Shown here one piece after another: positions 1 through 10,711 of a stretch of 64,000 bases of DNA. The position numbers and the translations under genes are program-made. Below the pieces are notes generated by a model, which saw only the letters and a list, made by a program, of their open reading frames with translations, was not told the DNA's origin and searched no databases. The stretch comes from an uncultured Acidimicrobiia bacterium. Lineage in GTDB: Bacteria; Actinomycetota; Acidimicrobiia; Acidimicrobiales; AC-14. The stretch's first letter is position 1. Each line of letters opens with the position of its first letter. Where the stretch lies: NCBI GenBank assembly GCA_963836205.1, contig CAWIIV010000014.1, positions 192,001-256,000 of the forward strand. Direction: 5' to 3'.

Positions 1-25
1 CCCTCGCCGCCGCCCTCGGCCCCCG

Positions 26-691
26 GTGACGCGGCTGTCGGCCCGGGGCCTGGACGCGGGGTGGGGGCCGACGATGGTGGTGCAGGGCGCCGACCTCGAG
101 GTGGAGGCGGGCGAGGTGGTGGCGGTGCTGGGCGGCAACGGCTCGGGGAAGTCGTCGCTCCTGCTGGCGGTGGCCGGCCTGCTGCGGGCCCGGGCCGGCG
201 AGGTGGAGCTCGACGGTCGTCCCGTCGGGCGCCTGCCCGCCGAGCGCCGGGCCCGGCTCGGCCTGCGCCTTCTCCCCCAGACCCGGCGGGTGTTCCCGTC
301 CCTCACCGTGCGGGAGAACCTGGCCGCGGTCGAGCTGGGGGTTTCCGGCCCGGAGCTGGACGGCGTCCGCGCCCGGCGGGAGGCGTGGCTGGAGCGGTTC
401 CCCGACCTCGGAGCCCGGCTGGACGAGCCCGCGGCCGGCCTGTCCGGCGGCCAGCAGCAGCTCCTGGCCATCGGGCGGGTGCTGTCGGCCGGGCCCCGGG
501 TCCTGCTGGCCGACGAGCCCTCCGCCGGCCTGTCCCCCGCCCTCGCCGACGCCTGTGGCGAGGCCCTCCTGGCGCTGGCCGCCGGGGGCGCCGCGGTCGT
601 CCTGGTCGAGCAGAACGTCACCCTCGCCCGTCGCCTCGCGACCCGGGTCCTGCGCATGCACGACGGCCGGCTCGGGGTCGAGGGCGGCTGA
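26..691 (+). CDS. ABC transporter ATP-binding protein (LivF-like, branched-chain amino acid type)
   Basis: Walker A GGNGSGKS, signature LSGGQQQ, Walker B LLADEPS, VEQN motif typical of the LivF family. Confidence 0.85.
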   Translation: MTRLSARGLDAGWGPTMVVQGADLEVEAGEVVAVLGGNGSGKSSLLLAVAGLLRARAGEVELDGRPVGRLPAERRARLGLRLLPQTRRVFPSLTVRENLAAVELGVSGPELDGVRARREAWLERFPDLGARLDEPAAGLSGGQQQLLAIGRVLSAGPRVLLADEPSAGLSPALADACGEALLALAAGGAAVVLVEQNVTLARRLATRVLRMHDGRLGVEGG

Positions 692-749
692 GGGTCGGGG
701 CCGGGCGTGCTTGCCGCAGGAGCCGACGAGGCCCGAGCCCGGGTTCTCG

Positions 750-1541
750 ATGGCTGACGACTGGGAGCCCTACCTGGCCGACTACCACGACGGCCACCCG
801 GGCATCACCGAGCAGGTCCTGTCCGACGCCCGGGACGACGACGGGCGGTCGCCGTACGACTGGTTGGTGGAAGTGGTTTCGGCCGGCGCGACCACCGTCG
901 TCGACCTGGGCTGCGGGAGCGGGCCTGTCGCTCGGCTCCTCCCGGCGGCGGCAGTGGTCGGCGTCGACCAGTCGGCCGGGGAGCTGGCCCTCGCCCGGGC
1001 GGTGTCGTCCTCCGGGCTGCTGGTGCGGGCCCGGGCCACCGCGGTCCCGGTCGCCGACGGTGCAGCCGACGCGGTCGTTTCGTCGATGGCGCTCATGCTG
1101 CTGGCCCCTCTGGACGGGGTCCTGGGGGAGGTCCGGCGGGTGCTGCGTCACGGGGGGACCTTTGCCGCAACCGTCCCCATGCGGTCGGCCGGCGCGGGGT
1201 CGGTGTTCGCCGACATCCTCGACGCCCTCGGCCAGGCCACCACCGGCTACCCGTCCGACCTCGACGCCCGCACCGTGGCCGGCCGGTTCGCGTCCGCCGG
1301 CCTCACCCTCCGGTCCGACGAAGCCCGCCGCTTCACCCGGACGATCCACGACCGGGCCGAGGCGGGTGTGGTCGTGCGCTCGTTCTACGCCCCCGGTGCG
1401 GACGGCACCCGGGTGGCGGCGGCGGTCGCGGAGATTGGAGCGACGGGTGCGGTCGACGCCGGTCCGGCTCGGCTACCTCGTCCGCCGGCTGATCGCGACC
1501 GGATGAAGGCGACCGGCCCGATCGGCGCCCGGGTACGGTGA
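750..1541 (+). CDS. Class I SAM-dependent methyltransferase (C-terminus probably frameshifted near 1431; true stop likely 1506)
   Basis: Motif I VVDLGCGSG, motif EVRRVLRHGG; ATG at 750; alternative frame gives RLERRVRSTPVRLGYLVRRLIATG ending at 1506. Confidence 0.75.
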   Translation: MADDWEPYLADYHDGHPGITEQVLSDARDDDGRSPYDWLVEVVSAGATTVVDLGCGSGPVARLLPAAAVVGVDQSAGELALARAVSSSGLLVRARATAVPVADGAADAVVSSMALMLLAPLDGVLGEVRRVLRHGGTFAATVPMRSAGAGSVFADILDALGQATTGYPSDLDARTVAGRFASAGLTLRSDEARRFTRTIHDRAEAGVVVRSFYAPGADGTRVAAAVAEIGATGAVDAGPARLPRPPADRDRMKATGPIGARVR

Positions 1542-2803
1542 CGGCCGGGATGGATCGGGAGGGGCCTGGGCCGCGGTCCACCATCGCCATCACCGGCGCG
1601 GGCGCGGTCACCCCCCTGGGCGACGCCGCCGCCACCTGGTCCCGGCTGCTGGCCGGGGACTCGGGGCTGGAGGCGGCGCCCGAGGCGTTGCGGCGGACGG
1701 GCTGCGAGGTGATCGGCCGGGCCGGGTGGTTCCGGGCCGAGGACTTCCTCGACCGCCGGCAGGCCCGGCGCATGGGCCGGTTCAGCCAGTTCTCGGTGGC
1801 CGCCTCGATCATGGCCCTGGCCGACGCCGGCCTTACCGGCTCTTCCGGAGACGGGCTGGGGGTGGTGGTTCACACCGGCGCCGGCGGTCTGATCGAGGCC
1901 GAGGCCGCGGCCGGCCCCGCCGCGACCCGTCCCGACCGGGTCAGCCCCTTCTTCGTGCCCATCTACGGGGCCAACATGGCCGCCTGCCAGCCCTCGATCG
2001 TCCTGGGGGCAACCGGGCCCGTGCTCGGCGGGGTCGGCGCCTGCGCCGCCGGCGTCCAGGCGGTGATCGACGGGATGCGCGTCCTCGAGCGGGGCGACGC
2101 CGAGGTGGTGCTGGCGGGAGGTACCGACGCCGCCCTGTCGCCGCTGCTGCTGGGGTCGCTGGTCAACGCGGGGGCGCTGGCGCCGGCCGGCGACGATCCG
2201 GCCTCGGCGTGCCGGCCCTACGACCTGCGGCGGGAGGGAATGGTGGCGTCCGAGGGGGCGGCGGTGTTCGTGCTGGAGCGGCTGGATCGGGCTCGCGCCC
2301 GGGGGGCGCAGGTGTTGGCGGTGGTGGCGGGCGGCGGGAGCGCGGGCGACGCCCACCACGTGGCCGCACCCCATCCCGACGGGCGGGGGGCGGCGGCGGC
2401 CATGGCGCGGGCACTGGCCGACGCGGGCGTAGCCCCGGATGAGGTCGACGCCCTGGTGGCCCACGCCACCGCCACCGCCCAGGGCGACGTGGCTGAGGTC
2501 CGGGCCCTGCGGGCGGTGTTCGGCCCGGAGCCGGGGCTGGCCGTCACCGCCCCCAAGTCGGCGCTGGGCCACGGGCTGGGGGCGGCGGGGGCGTTCGGGG
2601 TGCTGGTGGCCGCCCTCGCCCTCCGCCACCAGGTCCTGCCGGCCACGAGAGGGCTCGACGCCGACCACGTCGACCCCGACTGCGCCCTCGACCACGTGAT
2701 GGGATGTCCCCGAGCGGGCCTCTTGCGGACGGTGCTGGTGAACGCCTCCGGGTTCGGCGGTCAGAACGCGGCGTTGGTGCTGCGGGCCGCGGGGTCGTCG
2801 TGA
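1538..2803 (+). CDS. Beta-ketoacyl-ACP synthase (FabF-like), paralog 1
   Basis: ITGAGAVTPLG N-terminus; catalytic Cys GACAAG, His AHATAT, His KSALGHGLGAAG; SGFGGQNA. Confidence 0.88.
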   Translation: MTAGMDREGPGPRSTIAITGAGAVTPLGDAAATWSRLLAGDSGLEAAPEALRRTGCEVIGRAGWFRAEDFLDRRQARRMGRFSQFSVAASIMALADAGLTGSSGDGLGVVVHTGAGGLIEAEAAAGPAATRPDRVSPFFVPIYGANMAACQPSIVLGATGPVLGGVGACAAGVQAVIDGMRVLERGDAEVVLAGGTDAALSPLLLGSLVNAGALAPAGDDPASACRPYDLRREGMVASEGAAVFVLERLDRARARGAQVLAVVAGGGSAGDAHHVAAPHPDGRGAAAAMARALADAGVAPDEVDALVAHATATAQGDVAEVRALRAVFGPEPGLAVTAPKSALGHGLGAAGAFGVLVAALALRHQVLPATRGLDADHVDPDCALDHVMGCPRAGLLRTVLVNASGFGGQNAALVLRAAGSS

Positions 2804-4071
2804 CCGACGGCCGGGCCCGGGTGCGGGTGGTGGTGACGGGGATGGGCTGTGTCTCGCCGGTGGGGAACGACCGGCAGTCGACGTGGGACGCCCTCCGCCA
2901 GGGACGGAGCGGCGTGGCCCGGATCACCGCCTTCGACCCGTCCGACCTCCCGTCGCAGATGGCCGGCGAGGTGAAAGGCTTCGATCCGGTGGCCCTGCTC
3001 GGGCACAAGGAGGCCCGCCGGACGAGCCGGCCGGTGCAGCTGGCGGTGGCCGCGGCCCGGGAGGCGGTGGTCGACAGCGGCATCGACGTGGCGCCCATCG
3101 CCGACGAGACGGCGGTGATCATCGCCACCGGCGTGGGTGGCCTGGGCATGTTCGAGAAGGCGGTCCTGGCCTACGCCGAGGGCGGCTACCGGCGCATCTC
3201 CGCCTTCGCCGCCGCGGGCATGCTCGTGGACATGCCGGCCGGCCTGGTGGCGGCCGACCTCGGTGCCCGCGGTCCCAACTTCGCCGTCGTCAGCGCCTGC
3301 GCCTCCGGGGCCCACGCCATCGGCGAGGCCGCCGAGCAGATCCGCCGGGGCGACGCGGTGGTCGCCCTCGCCGGCGGGACGGAGGCGGCAATCACCCCGG
3401 TAGGGATGGCCATGTACTGCGTGATCGGGGCCCTGTCCCGCCGCAACGACGACCCCGAGGCCGCGTCGAGGCCGTTCGACCGCGACCGCGACGGGTTCGT
3501 GTCGGGGGAGGGCGCGGCCGTGCTGGTGCTGGAGGAGCTGGGCCATGCCCGGGCCCGGGGGGCACGGATCTATGCCGAGCTGGCCGGATACGGGGCCACC
3601 GCCGACGCCGCCCACGTCACCCAACCCGACCCGACCGGCATGCAGGCCGCCCGCTGCGTGCGTCTGGCGTTGGAGCGGGCGGGCCGGGTTGCGGCGGAGG
3701 TCCGGTACGTCAACGCCCACGGCACCGGAACGCCCCTGAACGACGCGGCCGAGACCCGGGCCTTGAAGTTGGCTCTCGGCGACGCGGTGGCGACGGTGCC
3801 GGTGTCGTCGACCAAGTCGATGACCGGCCACCTCGCGGGCGCGGCGGGGGCCCTGGAAGCGATGGTGACGATCCTGGCCGTCCACGACCGGTTCCTCCCG
3901 CCCACCATCAACCTCGACGACCCCGACGCCGAGTGCGACCTCAACCACGTGGCCCTCTTCGGCCGTCCCGCCCCCGACCTCACCCTCGCCCTCTCCACCT
4001 CGTTCGGCTTCGGCGGCCACAACGCCTGCCTCGCCTTCGCCGAGGTGGCTGTTAGCCGCCGAGGTCCATGA
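2800..4071 (+). CDS. fabF: Beta-ketoacyl-ACP synthase II
   Basis: VVVTGMGCVSPVG, SACASG, NAHGTGTPLND, KSMTGHLAGAAG, SFGFGGHN; GTGA overlap with the upstream gene. Confidence 0.92.
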   Translation: MTDGRARVRVVVTGMGCVSPVGNDRQSTWDALRQGRSGVARITAFDPSDLPSQMAGEVKGFDPVALLGHKEARRTSRPVQLAVAAAREAVVDSGIDVAPIADETAVIIATGVGGLGMFEKAVLAYAEGGYRRISAFAAAGMLVDMPAGLVAADLGARGPNFAVVSACASGAHAIGEAAEQIRRGDAVVALAGGTEAAITPVGMAMYCVIGALSRRNDDPEAASRPFDRDRDGFVSGEGAAVLVLEELGHARARGARIYAELAGYGATADAAHVTQPDPTGMQAARCVRLALERAGRVAAEVRYVNAHGTGTPLNDAAETRALKLALGDAVATVPVSSTKSMTGHLAGAAGALEAMVTILAVHDRFLPPTINLDDPDAECDLNHVALFGRPAPDLTLALSTSFGFGGHNACLAFAEVAVSRRGP

Positions 4072-4610
4072 GGTCGAAGCGAAGGGGACGGCCGGCGACG
4101 ACCAGGTCGATGCCACCGCTCCCCGTCAGAACCTGCCCGACGGAAAAGTCGTGGGCTTCGAACGTGGGGGGGTCGGCGCCCGGGAGGTCCACGAGCACAT
4201 AGACCCCAGCGCCTCCGAGCCGGTAGTCGTCAAGCTTCCGAGTGCGGTCGACTCCCCTGGTCGATGGCGACGCCACCTCCACCACGAGGAGGGGGGGCGG
4301 GTCGATATGGAGTCCGTCGATGCGCGTCCAGCTCGGGTCGACCACGATGACGATCGGGCACGTTGAGGTACCCGCTCCCGCCAGGGACGATCCACCCGAG
4401 CCCGTTGACGAAGACGCACCCTCGTGGGAGCCCGAGCTGGTGGCTGGCGTCGTAGGCGAGACGTGTCACCGCCCTCTCGTGCTGGTCGCTGGCTGGTGTC
4501 ACGATCAGGCATCCCCACGGGTCGAGCTCCAGGTGGGCGACGCCTAATTCGTCGCGAAGCAAGTCGAGATCGTCGTAGGTGTAACCGCCGTCTTTGACCG
4601 CATACGCCAT
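4052..4610 (-). CDS. Uma2 family endonuclease (frameshift near 4352)
   Basis: YTYDDL..LEL...LIVTPA..HE in one frame; PD then PLLVVEVASPST..D...KL..Y...G in the second frame, the Uma2 PD-(D/E)XK signature. Confidence 0.8.
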
Positions 4611-4629
4611 CACAGAAGCATATACGTTG

Positions 4630-5325
4630 TCATGAACCGCCGCCTCCGCCGACGATGGCGGCGTGGAGGGCGGCCGCGGCCGCCGGGGGGTCGGCGGCTT
4701 CGGTGACGGCCCGCCCGATCACGAGCATGTCGGCGCCCTCGAGGAAGGCGTCGCGGGGGGAAGCGGCCCGGGCCTGGTCGTGAGGGTCGCCCGTGGGCAG
4801 GCGGATGCCGGGGACGACCGCCAGCAGGCGGGGGGCAAGCTGCTTGGCCTCGTGGACGTCGGACGCGGCCACGATCACGCCCCCGCAGCCGGACTCGACC
4901 GCGGCCGCCACCCGGCCGCCCAGGATGTGGGCGGGGGCGTCGGCGTCGCTGGTGAGGATGGTGACGGCCAGGGCGGTGGGCTCGGGCAGCCCGCCGGCGG
5001 CCGCCCCTTCCCTCAACCCTTCGACGCCCGCCCGCAGCATCACCGCGCCCGCCCGGGCGTGGAGGGTGAGGTAGGTCGCGCCCAGCGCCCCCGCGACCCG
5101 GGCCGACTTGCGCACGGTGGTGGGGATGTCGTGCAGCTTGAGGTCGAGGAACACCTTGAACCCGGCGTCGGCGACCGACGTGACCGCGTCCGGCCCGGCG
5201 GCGGTGAACAGCTCCAGTCCCACCTTGGCCACCCCGAACCACGGTCGCAGCTGGTCGGCCAGCCGGAGGGCGAGGACCAGGTCGTCGACGTCGAGGGCCA
5301 GGATCAGGCGGTCACGGAGCTCCAT
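4630..5325 (-). CDS. pyrF: Orotidine-5'-phosphate decarboxylase
   Basis: LILALD, KVGLELF, FLDLKLHDIPTTV, VVPGIR, VIGRAVT. Confidence 0.96.
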   Translation of the reverse strand: MELRDRLILALDVDDLVLALRLADQLRPWFGVAKVGLELFTAAGPDAVTSVADAGFKVFLDLKLHDIPTTVRKSARVAGALGATYLTLHARAGAVMLRAGVEGLREGAAAGGLPEPTALAVTILTSDADAPAHILGGRVAAAVESGCGGVIVAASDVHEAKQLAPRLLAVVPGIRLPTGDPHDQARAASPRDAFLEGADMLVIGRAVTEAADPPAAAAALHAAIVGGGGGS

Positions 5326-6252
5326 GCGCCTGTCCTACCAGATCGGCGACCCGCGCCACCCGGTGGCGCCGGCACCACGCCTCCAGCCCGGCCAGCACCC
5401 GGGTGCAGGCCCGGGGGTCCTCGAACGTGGCCGTCCCCACCTGCACCGCCGACGCTCCCGCCAGGAGGAGCTCCACCGCGTGCTCGCCGGTGCCCACGCC
5501 CCCCACCCCCACCAGCGGCACGTCCGGCAGGGCCGCGTGCACGTCGAAGATGGCCCGCACCGCCACCGGCCGGATTGCCGCCCCCGACAGTCCCCCACCG
5601 CCGGTACCCAGGCGCGGCCGACGGGTCGCGGGGTCGATGGCCATGCCCTTGACCGTGTTCACCAGGGTGAGGGCGGCCGCGCCCCGTCCCGGGCCGCCAC
5701 CGCGATCTCGACGATGTCGGTGACGTTCGGGCTCAGCTTCGCCCACGCCGGCCGTCCCGCGCCGACTGCGGCCACCACTGCCGCCATCGCCTCCCGGGTG
5801 GCCCCCGGGTCGGACGAGAACATGTGCCGCCCGCCTTCCAAGTTGGGACAGCTCAGGTTGACCTCGACGGCCACGACCGAGGCCGGCGCCGCCGACGCGA
5901 GCGCGGCCGCCGCCTTCTCGTACCCGGCCACCGTCGTCCCCCAGATCGACGCCACCACCCGGGCCCCGGTGGCCACCAGGGCCGGCAGCTCCTCCGCCAA
6001 CCACGCCTCCACCCCCGGGTTCTGCAGCCCGACGCTGTTGAGCATCCCGGCCTCGGTCTCGTGCACCCGGGGCGCGGGGTTGCCCGCCCACGGCTCGGCC
6101 GACAGCGACTTCACCACCACCGCCCCCAACGACGAGAGGTCGAAGTAGGCGGCCAGCTCGGCCCCGTGGCCAGCCGTCCCCGACGCGGCCAGCACGGGAT
6201 TGGGAAGGACGACGTCGCCGACCCGCGTGGCGAGGTCGACGGTCCGGCTCAC
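5312..6252 (-). CDS. pyrD: Dihydroorotate dehydrogenase (family 1), frameshift in the C-run near 5682
   Basis: [38 protein letters not shown] in one frame; [26 protein letters not shown] in the next. Confidence 0.9.
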
Positions 6253-9200
6253 CGTCCGTGGTACTCCTGGAGCGACCGCACCGACGACCCGTGCACGGCC
6301 ACGTCGGCGATGCCGTTGGCCGCGGCCAGGGCCGCCGCCACCGTGGTCAGGCAGGGGACCTTGTGGACGTTGGCCGAGGTGCGGATGTAGGCCCCGTCGG
6401 CCCGCGGCCCCCGGCCCCGGGGAGTGTTGACCACCAGGTCGATCTCGCCGTGGGCGATGCGCTCGACGGCCGAACGCCCGGGATGGCCGAGCAGGGGGAC
6501 GACGTCGGCCACCGTCACCCCGTTCTCCTCCAGGTAGCGGGCCGTCCCCGACGTGGCCACGACGGAAAAGCCCAGGTCGACGAACCGGCGGGCCGCCCGC
6601 AGGCCCCCCGCCTTGTCGCGGTCGGACAGCGACAGGAAGACGGTGCCGGCCGTGGGCAGCCGGTCGCCAGCCCCCGCCTGGCTCTTGGCGAAGGCCAGCC
6701 CGAACGTGCTCGAGATCCCCATAACCTCGCCCGTGGCCCGCATCTCCGGCCCGAGCAGGGTGTCGGCGTCGGGGAAGCGGTTGAAGGGCAGCACCGCCTC
6801 TTTCACGGCCACGTGCCCGCCCGTCGCCGCCGCGCAGAGCAACCCCTCGGCCCGCAGCTCGGCCAGGGTCGCCCCCACCATCACCCGGGCCGCGACCTTG
6901 GCCAGGGGCACGCCGGTGGCCTTGGCCACGAACGGCACCGTGCGGCTGGCGCGGGGGTTGGCCTCGATGACGAACACCTGGCCCTGCTTCACCGCGTACT
7001 GCACGTTGAGGGGCCCGCACACGTCGAGGGCGTCGGCGATGGCGCGAGTGTGGGACTCGATGACCTCGATCACGTCGGCCGACAGCGTCGGGGGCGGGAT
7101 CACGCAGGCGCTGTCGCCCGAGTGCACCCCCGCCTCCTCCACGTGCTCCATCACCCCGCCGATGAACACCTCGCCGGTGCGGTCGCGGATCGAGTCGACG
7201 TCGACCTCGGTGGCGTCCTCCAGGAAACGGTCGACCAGCACCGGCCGCTCGAAGGACAGGCCACCCTCCCGGCCCAGCGACCCGAAGCCGGCGAGCTCGG
7301 CCATCGCTCGGCGCAGCCCGTCGTCGTCGTAGACGATCTCCATGGCCCGCCCGCCCAGCACGTACGACGGGCGCACGAGGGCGGGGTAGCCGATGCGGCC
7401 GGTGATGGCCAGGGCCTGGTCGACGTCGACCGCGGTGCCGCCTGCCGGCTGGGGGATCTCCAGCCGGGCGCACAGCGAGCTCCACCGCTCCCGGTCCTCG
7501 GCCTCGTCGATGGACGACGGCCGGGTGCCCAGGATCAGGTGCTCGGGGATACGGCCGGCCAGCTTCAAGGGCGTCTGCCCGCCCAGGGCCACGATGACAC
7601 CGGCGAGCCCGCCGGCTCCGGAGGCATGTGGTTGCTGCTCGACCTCGAGGATGTTGGTCACGTCCTCGAGCGTCAGGGGCTCGAAGAACAGCCGGTCGGA
7701 CGTGTCGTAGTCGGTGGACACCGTCTCCGGGTTGCAGTTGACCATCACCGTGTCGAAGCCGGCGTCGCGCAGGGCGAAGGAGGCGTGGACGCAGCAGTAG
7801 TCGAACTCGATCCCCTGCCCGATGCGGTTGGGCCCCGACCCGAGGATCACGACCGTCGGCCGCGAACCGGGGCGGGCCTCGTCCTCGTCCTCGTAGGTGG
7901 AGTAGTGGTACGGCGTGGCCGCGTCGAACTCGGCCCCGCACGTGTCGACCGTCTTGAACGTGGCCCGCACGCCGAGGGCCAGCCGGGCCGCCCGCACCAC
8001 GTCCTCGGCCACGCCTCCCCAGACGTAGCCCAGCTGGAGGTCGGAGAAGCCCAGGCGCTTGGCCCGGCGCCAGTCGGCCCTGGTCATCCCGTCGAACCCG
8101 ATGGTGGCCAGCTCGGCCCGTTGGTCGACGATGCGCACCATCTGGTCGAGGAACCACGGGTCGACCCCCGTGGCCGCGTACAACCGCTCCACGCTGATCC
8201 CCCGGCGCAGGGCCGCCTCCAGCTGGAAGGGGCGGTCGGGCGTGGCCACCGCCGCCCGAGCCACCAGCTCGGCGTCGTCGAGGTCGTCGAACGCGGCCTC
8301 GGCGGGATCGCAGTTGAGTCCCCACCGGCCGTGCTCCAGCGAGCGCAGCCCCTTCTGCAGCGACTCGGGAAACGTGCGGCCGATCGCCATCGCCTCCCCC
8401 ACCGACTGCATGCGGGTGCCGAGCACGTCGGGCACGCCCGGGAACTTCTCGAACGCCCACCGGGGGATCTTGGTGACCACGTAGTCGATGGTTGGCTCGA
8501 AGCAGGCCGGGGTCTTGCGGGTGATGTCGTTGGCGATCTCGTCGAGGGTGTAGCCGACGGCGAGCTTGGCCGCGATCTTGGCGATCGGGAACCCGGTGGC
8601 CTTGGAGGCGAGGGCGGACGACCGGCTGACTCTCGGGTTCATCTCGATGACGACCATCTCGCCGTCGACCGGATTCACCGCGAACTGGATGTTGGACCCG
8701 CCGGTGTCGACGCCGATCCGCCGGATGCAGGCGAAGGCGGCGTCACGCATGCGCTGGTACTCGACGTCGGACAGGGTCTGGGCCGGCGCCACCGTGATGG
8801 AGTCGCCGGTGTGGACGCCCATGGGGTCGAAGTTCTCGATGGAGCACACGACCACGCAGTTGTCGGCCCGGTCGCGCATGACCTCCAGCTCGTACTCCTT
8901 CCAGCCGGCGATGCTGCGCTCGATCAGGATCTCGGAGATGGGGCTGGCGGCCAGGCCGATCTCGGCGAGGGCGGTGAGCTGGTCGGAGTCGTGGGCGATG
9001 CCCGTGCCGCTGCCCCCCAGGATGTACGAGGGCCGCACGATCACCGGGTAGCCGATCTCGTCGCCCACCTTGGCCGCCTCGTGGACGGCGTAGGCGAAGC
9101 CCGACGGGGGGACGGCCAGGCCGATCTCGGTCATGGCCGCCTTGAACCGCTCCCGGTCCTCGGCGGTGCGGATGGCCTCGGCCGACGCCCCGATGAGCTC

Positions 9201-9539
9201 CACGCCGAACTCCCCCAGCACGCCCCGCTCGTGGAGGGCCATGGCCAGGTTGAGCCCGGTCTGGCCGCCGAGGGTGGGCAGGATGGCGTCGGGCCGCTCC
9301 CGCTCGACGACGGCCGCCACCGTCTCCCAGTCGAGGGGCTCGACATACGTGCGGTGGGCGAAGTCGGGGTCGGTCATGATCGTGGCCGGGTTGGAGTTGA
9401 CCAGGATGACCCGGTAGCCCTCGTCCTTGAGCACCCGGCAGGCCTGGGTGCCCGAGTAGTCGAACTCGCACGCCTGCCCGATCACGATCGGCCCCGACCC
9501 GATGAGCAGGATCGAGTTGATGTCGGTGCGCTTCGGCAT
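6249..9539 (-). CDS. carB: Carbamoyl-phosphate synthase large subunit
   Basis: [30 protein letters not shown]; duplicated ATP-grasp halves; C-terminal MGS domain. Confidence 0.98.
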   Translation of the reverse strand: MPKRTDINSILLIGSGPIVIGQACEFDYSGTQACRVLKDEGYRVILVNSNPATIMTDPDFAHRTYVEPLDWETVAAVVERERPDAILPTLGGQTGLNLAMALHERGVLGEFGVELIGASAEAIRTAEDRERFKAAMTEIGLAVPPSGFAYAVHEAAKVGDEIGYPVIVRPSYILGGSGTGIAHDSDQLTALAEIGLAASPISEILIERSIAGWKEYELEVMRDRADNCVVVCSIENFDPMGVHTGDSITVAPAQTLSDVEYQRMRDAAFACIRRIGVDTGGSNIQFAVNPVDGEMVVIEMNPRVSRSSALASKATGFPIAKIAAKLAVGYTLDEIANDITRKTPACFEPTIDYVVTKIPRWAFEKFPGVPDVLGTRMQSVGEAMAIGRTFPESLQKGLRSLEHGRWGLNCDPAEAAFDDLDDAELVARAAVATPDRPFQLEAALRRGISVERLYAATGVDPWFLDQMVRIVDQRAELATIGFDGMTRADWRRAKRLGFSDLQLGYVWGGVAEDVVRAARLALGVRATFKTVDTCGAEFDAATPYHYSTYEDEDEARPGSRPTVVILGSGPNRIGQGIEFDYCCVHASFALRDAGFDTVMVNCNPETVSTDYDTSDRLFFEPLTLEDVTNILEVEQQPHASGAGGLAGVIVALGGQTPLKLAGRIPEHLILGTRPSSIDEAEDRERWSSLCARLEIPQPAGGTAVDVDQALAITGRIGYPALVRPSYVLGGRAMEIVYDDDGLRRAMAELAGFGSLGREGGLSFERPVLVDRFLEDATEVDVDSIRDRTGEVFIGGVMEHVEEAGVHSGDSACVIPPPTLSADVIEVIESHTRAIADALDVCGPLNVQYAVKQGQVFVIEANPRASRTVPFVAKATGVPLAKVAARVMVGATLAELRAEGLLCAAATGGHVAVKEAVLPFNRFPDADTLLGPEMRATGEVMGISSTFGLAFAKSQAGAGDRLPTAGTVFLSLSDRDKAGGLRAARRFVDLGFSVVATSGTARYLEENGVTVADVVPLLGHPGRSAVERIAHGEIDLVVNTPRGRGPRADGAYIRTSANVHKVPCLTTVAAALAAANGIADVAVHGSSVRSLQEYHGR

Positions 9540-10711
9540 CAGTCGGTCATCAGCCGGCGGAAGTCCTCGAACAGGTATCTCGCATCGTGGGGGCCGGGGC
9601 CCGCCTCGGGGTGGTACTGGACGCTGAACGCCCGCACGTCGCGGCAGCCCAGTCCCTCGATGACCCCGTCGTTGAGGTTGACGTGGGTGACGTCGGCGGT
9701 GGCGACCGAGCCGGGCGTGACCGCGTAGGAGTGGTTCTGGCTGGTGATCTCGACCGCCCCGTCCCGCAGCCGCTTCACCGGGTGGTTGCCGCCGTGGTGG
9801 CCGAAGGGGAGCTTGAACGTCGATCCGCCCAGGGCCGAGGCCATGAGCTGGTGGCCGAGGCAGATCCCGAAGACGGGGACGCCCGTCTCCAGCAGGTCGC
9901 GGATGGCGTCGATGGCGTAGGTGACGGCCGCCGGGTCGCCGGGGCCATTGGACAGGAACACGCCGTCGGGCCGGCGGAGGAGCACGGACGCGGCCGTCGT
10001 GGACGCGGGGACCACCTCGACCGTGGCCAGGCCCGACAGCATGCGCAGGATGCTCGCCTTGATGCCGAAGTCGTAGGCGACGACGGTCAGGGGCCTGTCT
10101 CCGCTCCCATTGGCGCCGACCGAGTAGGCCTCGGCCGTGGTCACCTCGGCGGCCAGGTCGACGCCGTCGGTGCCGGGCTCGTTGAGCGCGGCCTCCTTGA
10201 GGGTGACCTCGTCGGCCGTCCCGAAGGCGCCCGCCATGGCCCCCGCCTCCCGGATGTGGCGGGTGAGGCGACGGGTGTCGACTCCGGTGATCCCGGGGAC
10301 GCCCGACGCCTTCAGCCACGAGTCGAGGTCGAGGCTCGACCGCCAGTTCGACGGGCGCTCGGTGAGGTCGCGGACGATCACGCCCCGGCAATAGGCCCGC
10401 CCGCTCTCCGCGTCCTCCGCGCTGACGCCGTAGTTGCCGATGTGCGGATAGGTGAAGGCGATGACCTGCCCCGCGTACGACGGGTCGGTGAGCACCTCCT
10501 GGTAGCCGCTGAGGACGGTGTTGAACACGACCTCCCCGGTCGCGACACCTCCCGGCGCCTCGGCCCCGATCGCCTCCCCCTCGAACGTCGTCCCGTCGGC
10601 CAGCACCAGATGCGCTTCCCGCCGCCTCGGCTGTCGCCCGACCTCGAACTGGTGACGAAAATGGTCGTCCTGACCACCAGAAACGTCACCGGTTGCGGCT
10701 TGGGGCGTCAC
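9539..10711 (-). CDS. carA: Carbamoyl-phosphate synthase small subunit (N-terminal extension contains a palindromic repeat)
   Basis: [41 protein letters not shown]; GTG start overlaps the pyrC stop. Confidence 0.95.
   Translation of the reverse strand: MTPQAATGDVSGGQDDHFRHQFEVGRQPRRREAHLVLADGTTFEGEAIGAEAPGGVATGEVVFNTVLSGYQEVLTDPSYAGQVIAFTYPHIGNYGVSAEDAESGRAYCRGVIVRDLTERPSNWRSSLDLDSWLKASGVPGITGVDTRRLTRHIREAGAMAGAFGTADEVTLKEAALNEPGTDGVDLAAEVTTAEAYSVGANGSGDRPLTVVAYDFGIKASILRMLSGLATVEVVPASTTAASVLLRRPDGVFLSNGPGDPAAVTYAIDAIRDLLETGVPVFGICLGHQLMASALGGSTFKLPFGHHGGNHPVKRLRDGAVEITSQNHSYAVTPGSVATADVTHVNLNDGVIEGLGCRDVRAFSVQYHPEAGPGPHDARYLFEDFRRLMTD
10647..10694. repeat. Palindromic REP-like element family A, copy inside the carA 5' end
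   Basis: aactggtgacgaaaatggtcgtcctgaccaccagaaacgtcaccggtt; terminal inverted repeats AACCGGTGAC/GTCACCGGTT shared with five other copies. Confidence 0.85.

Noticed and set aside
1538-4071. Aromatic type II PKS KS-alpha/CLF pair
   Set aside because: Both proteins keep the catalytic Cys and His residues; no ACP or cyclase visible
6258-9728. Very long antisense ORFs (also 30466-33948, 23450-25978, 48000-49997)
   Set aside because: Shadow frames of high-GC3 genes; no recognisable motifs
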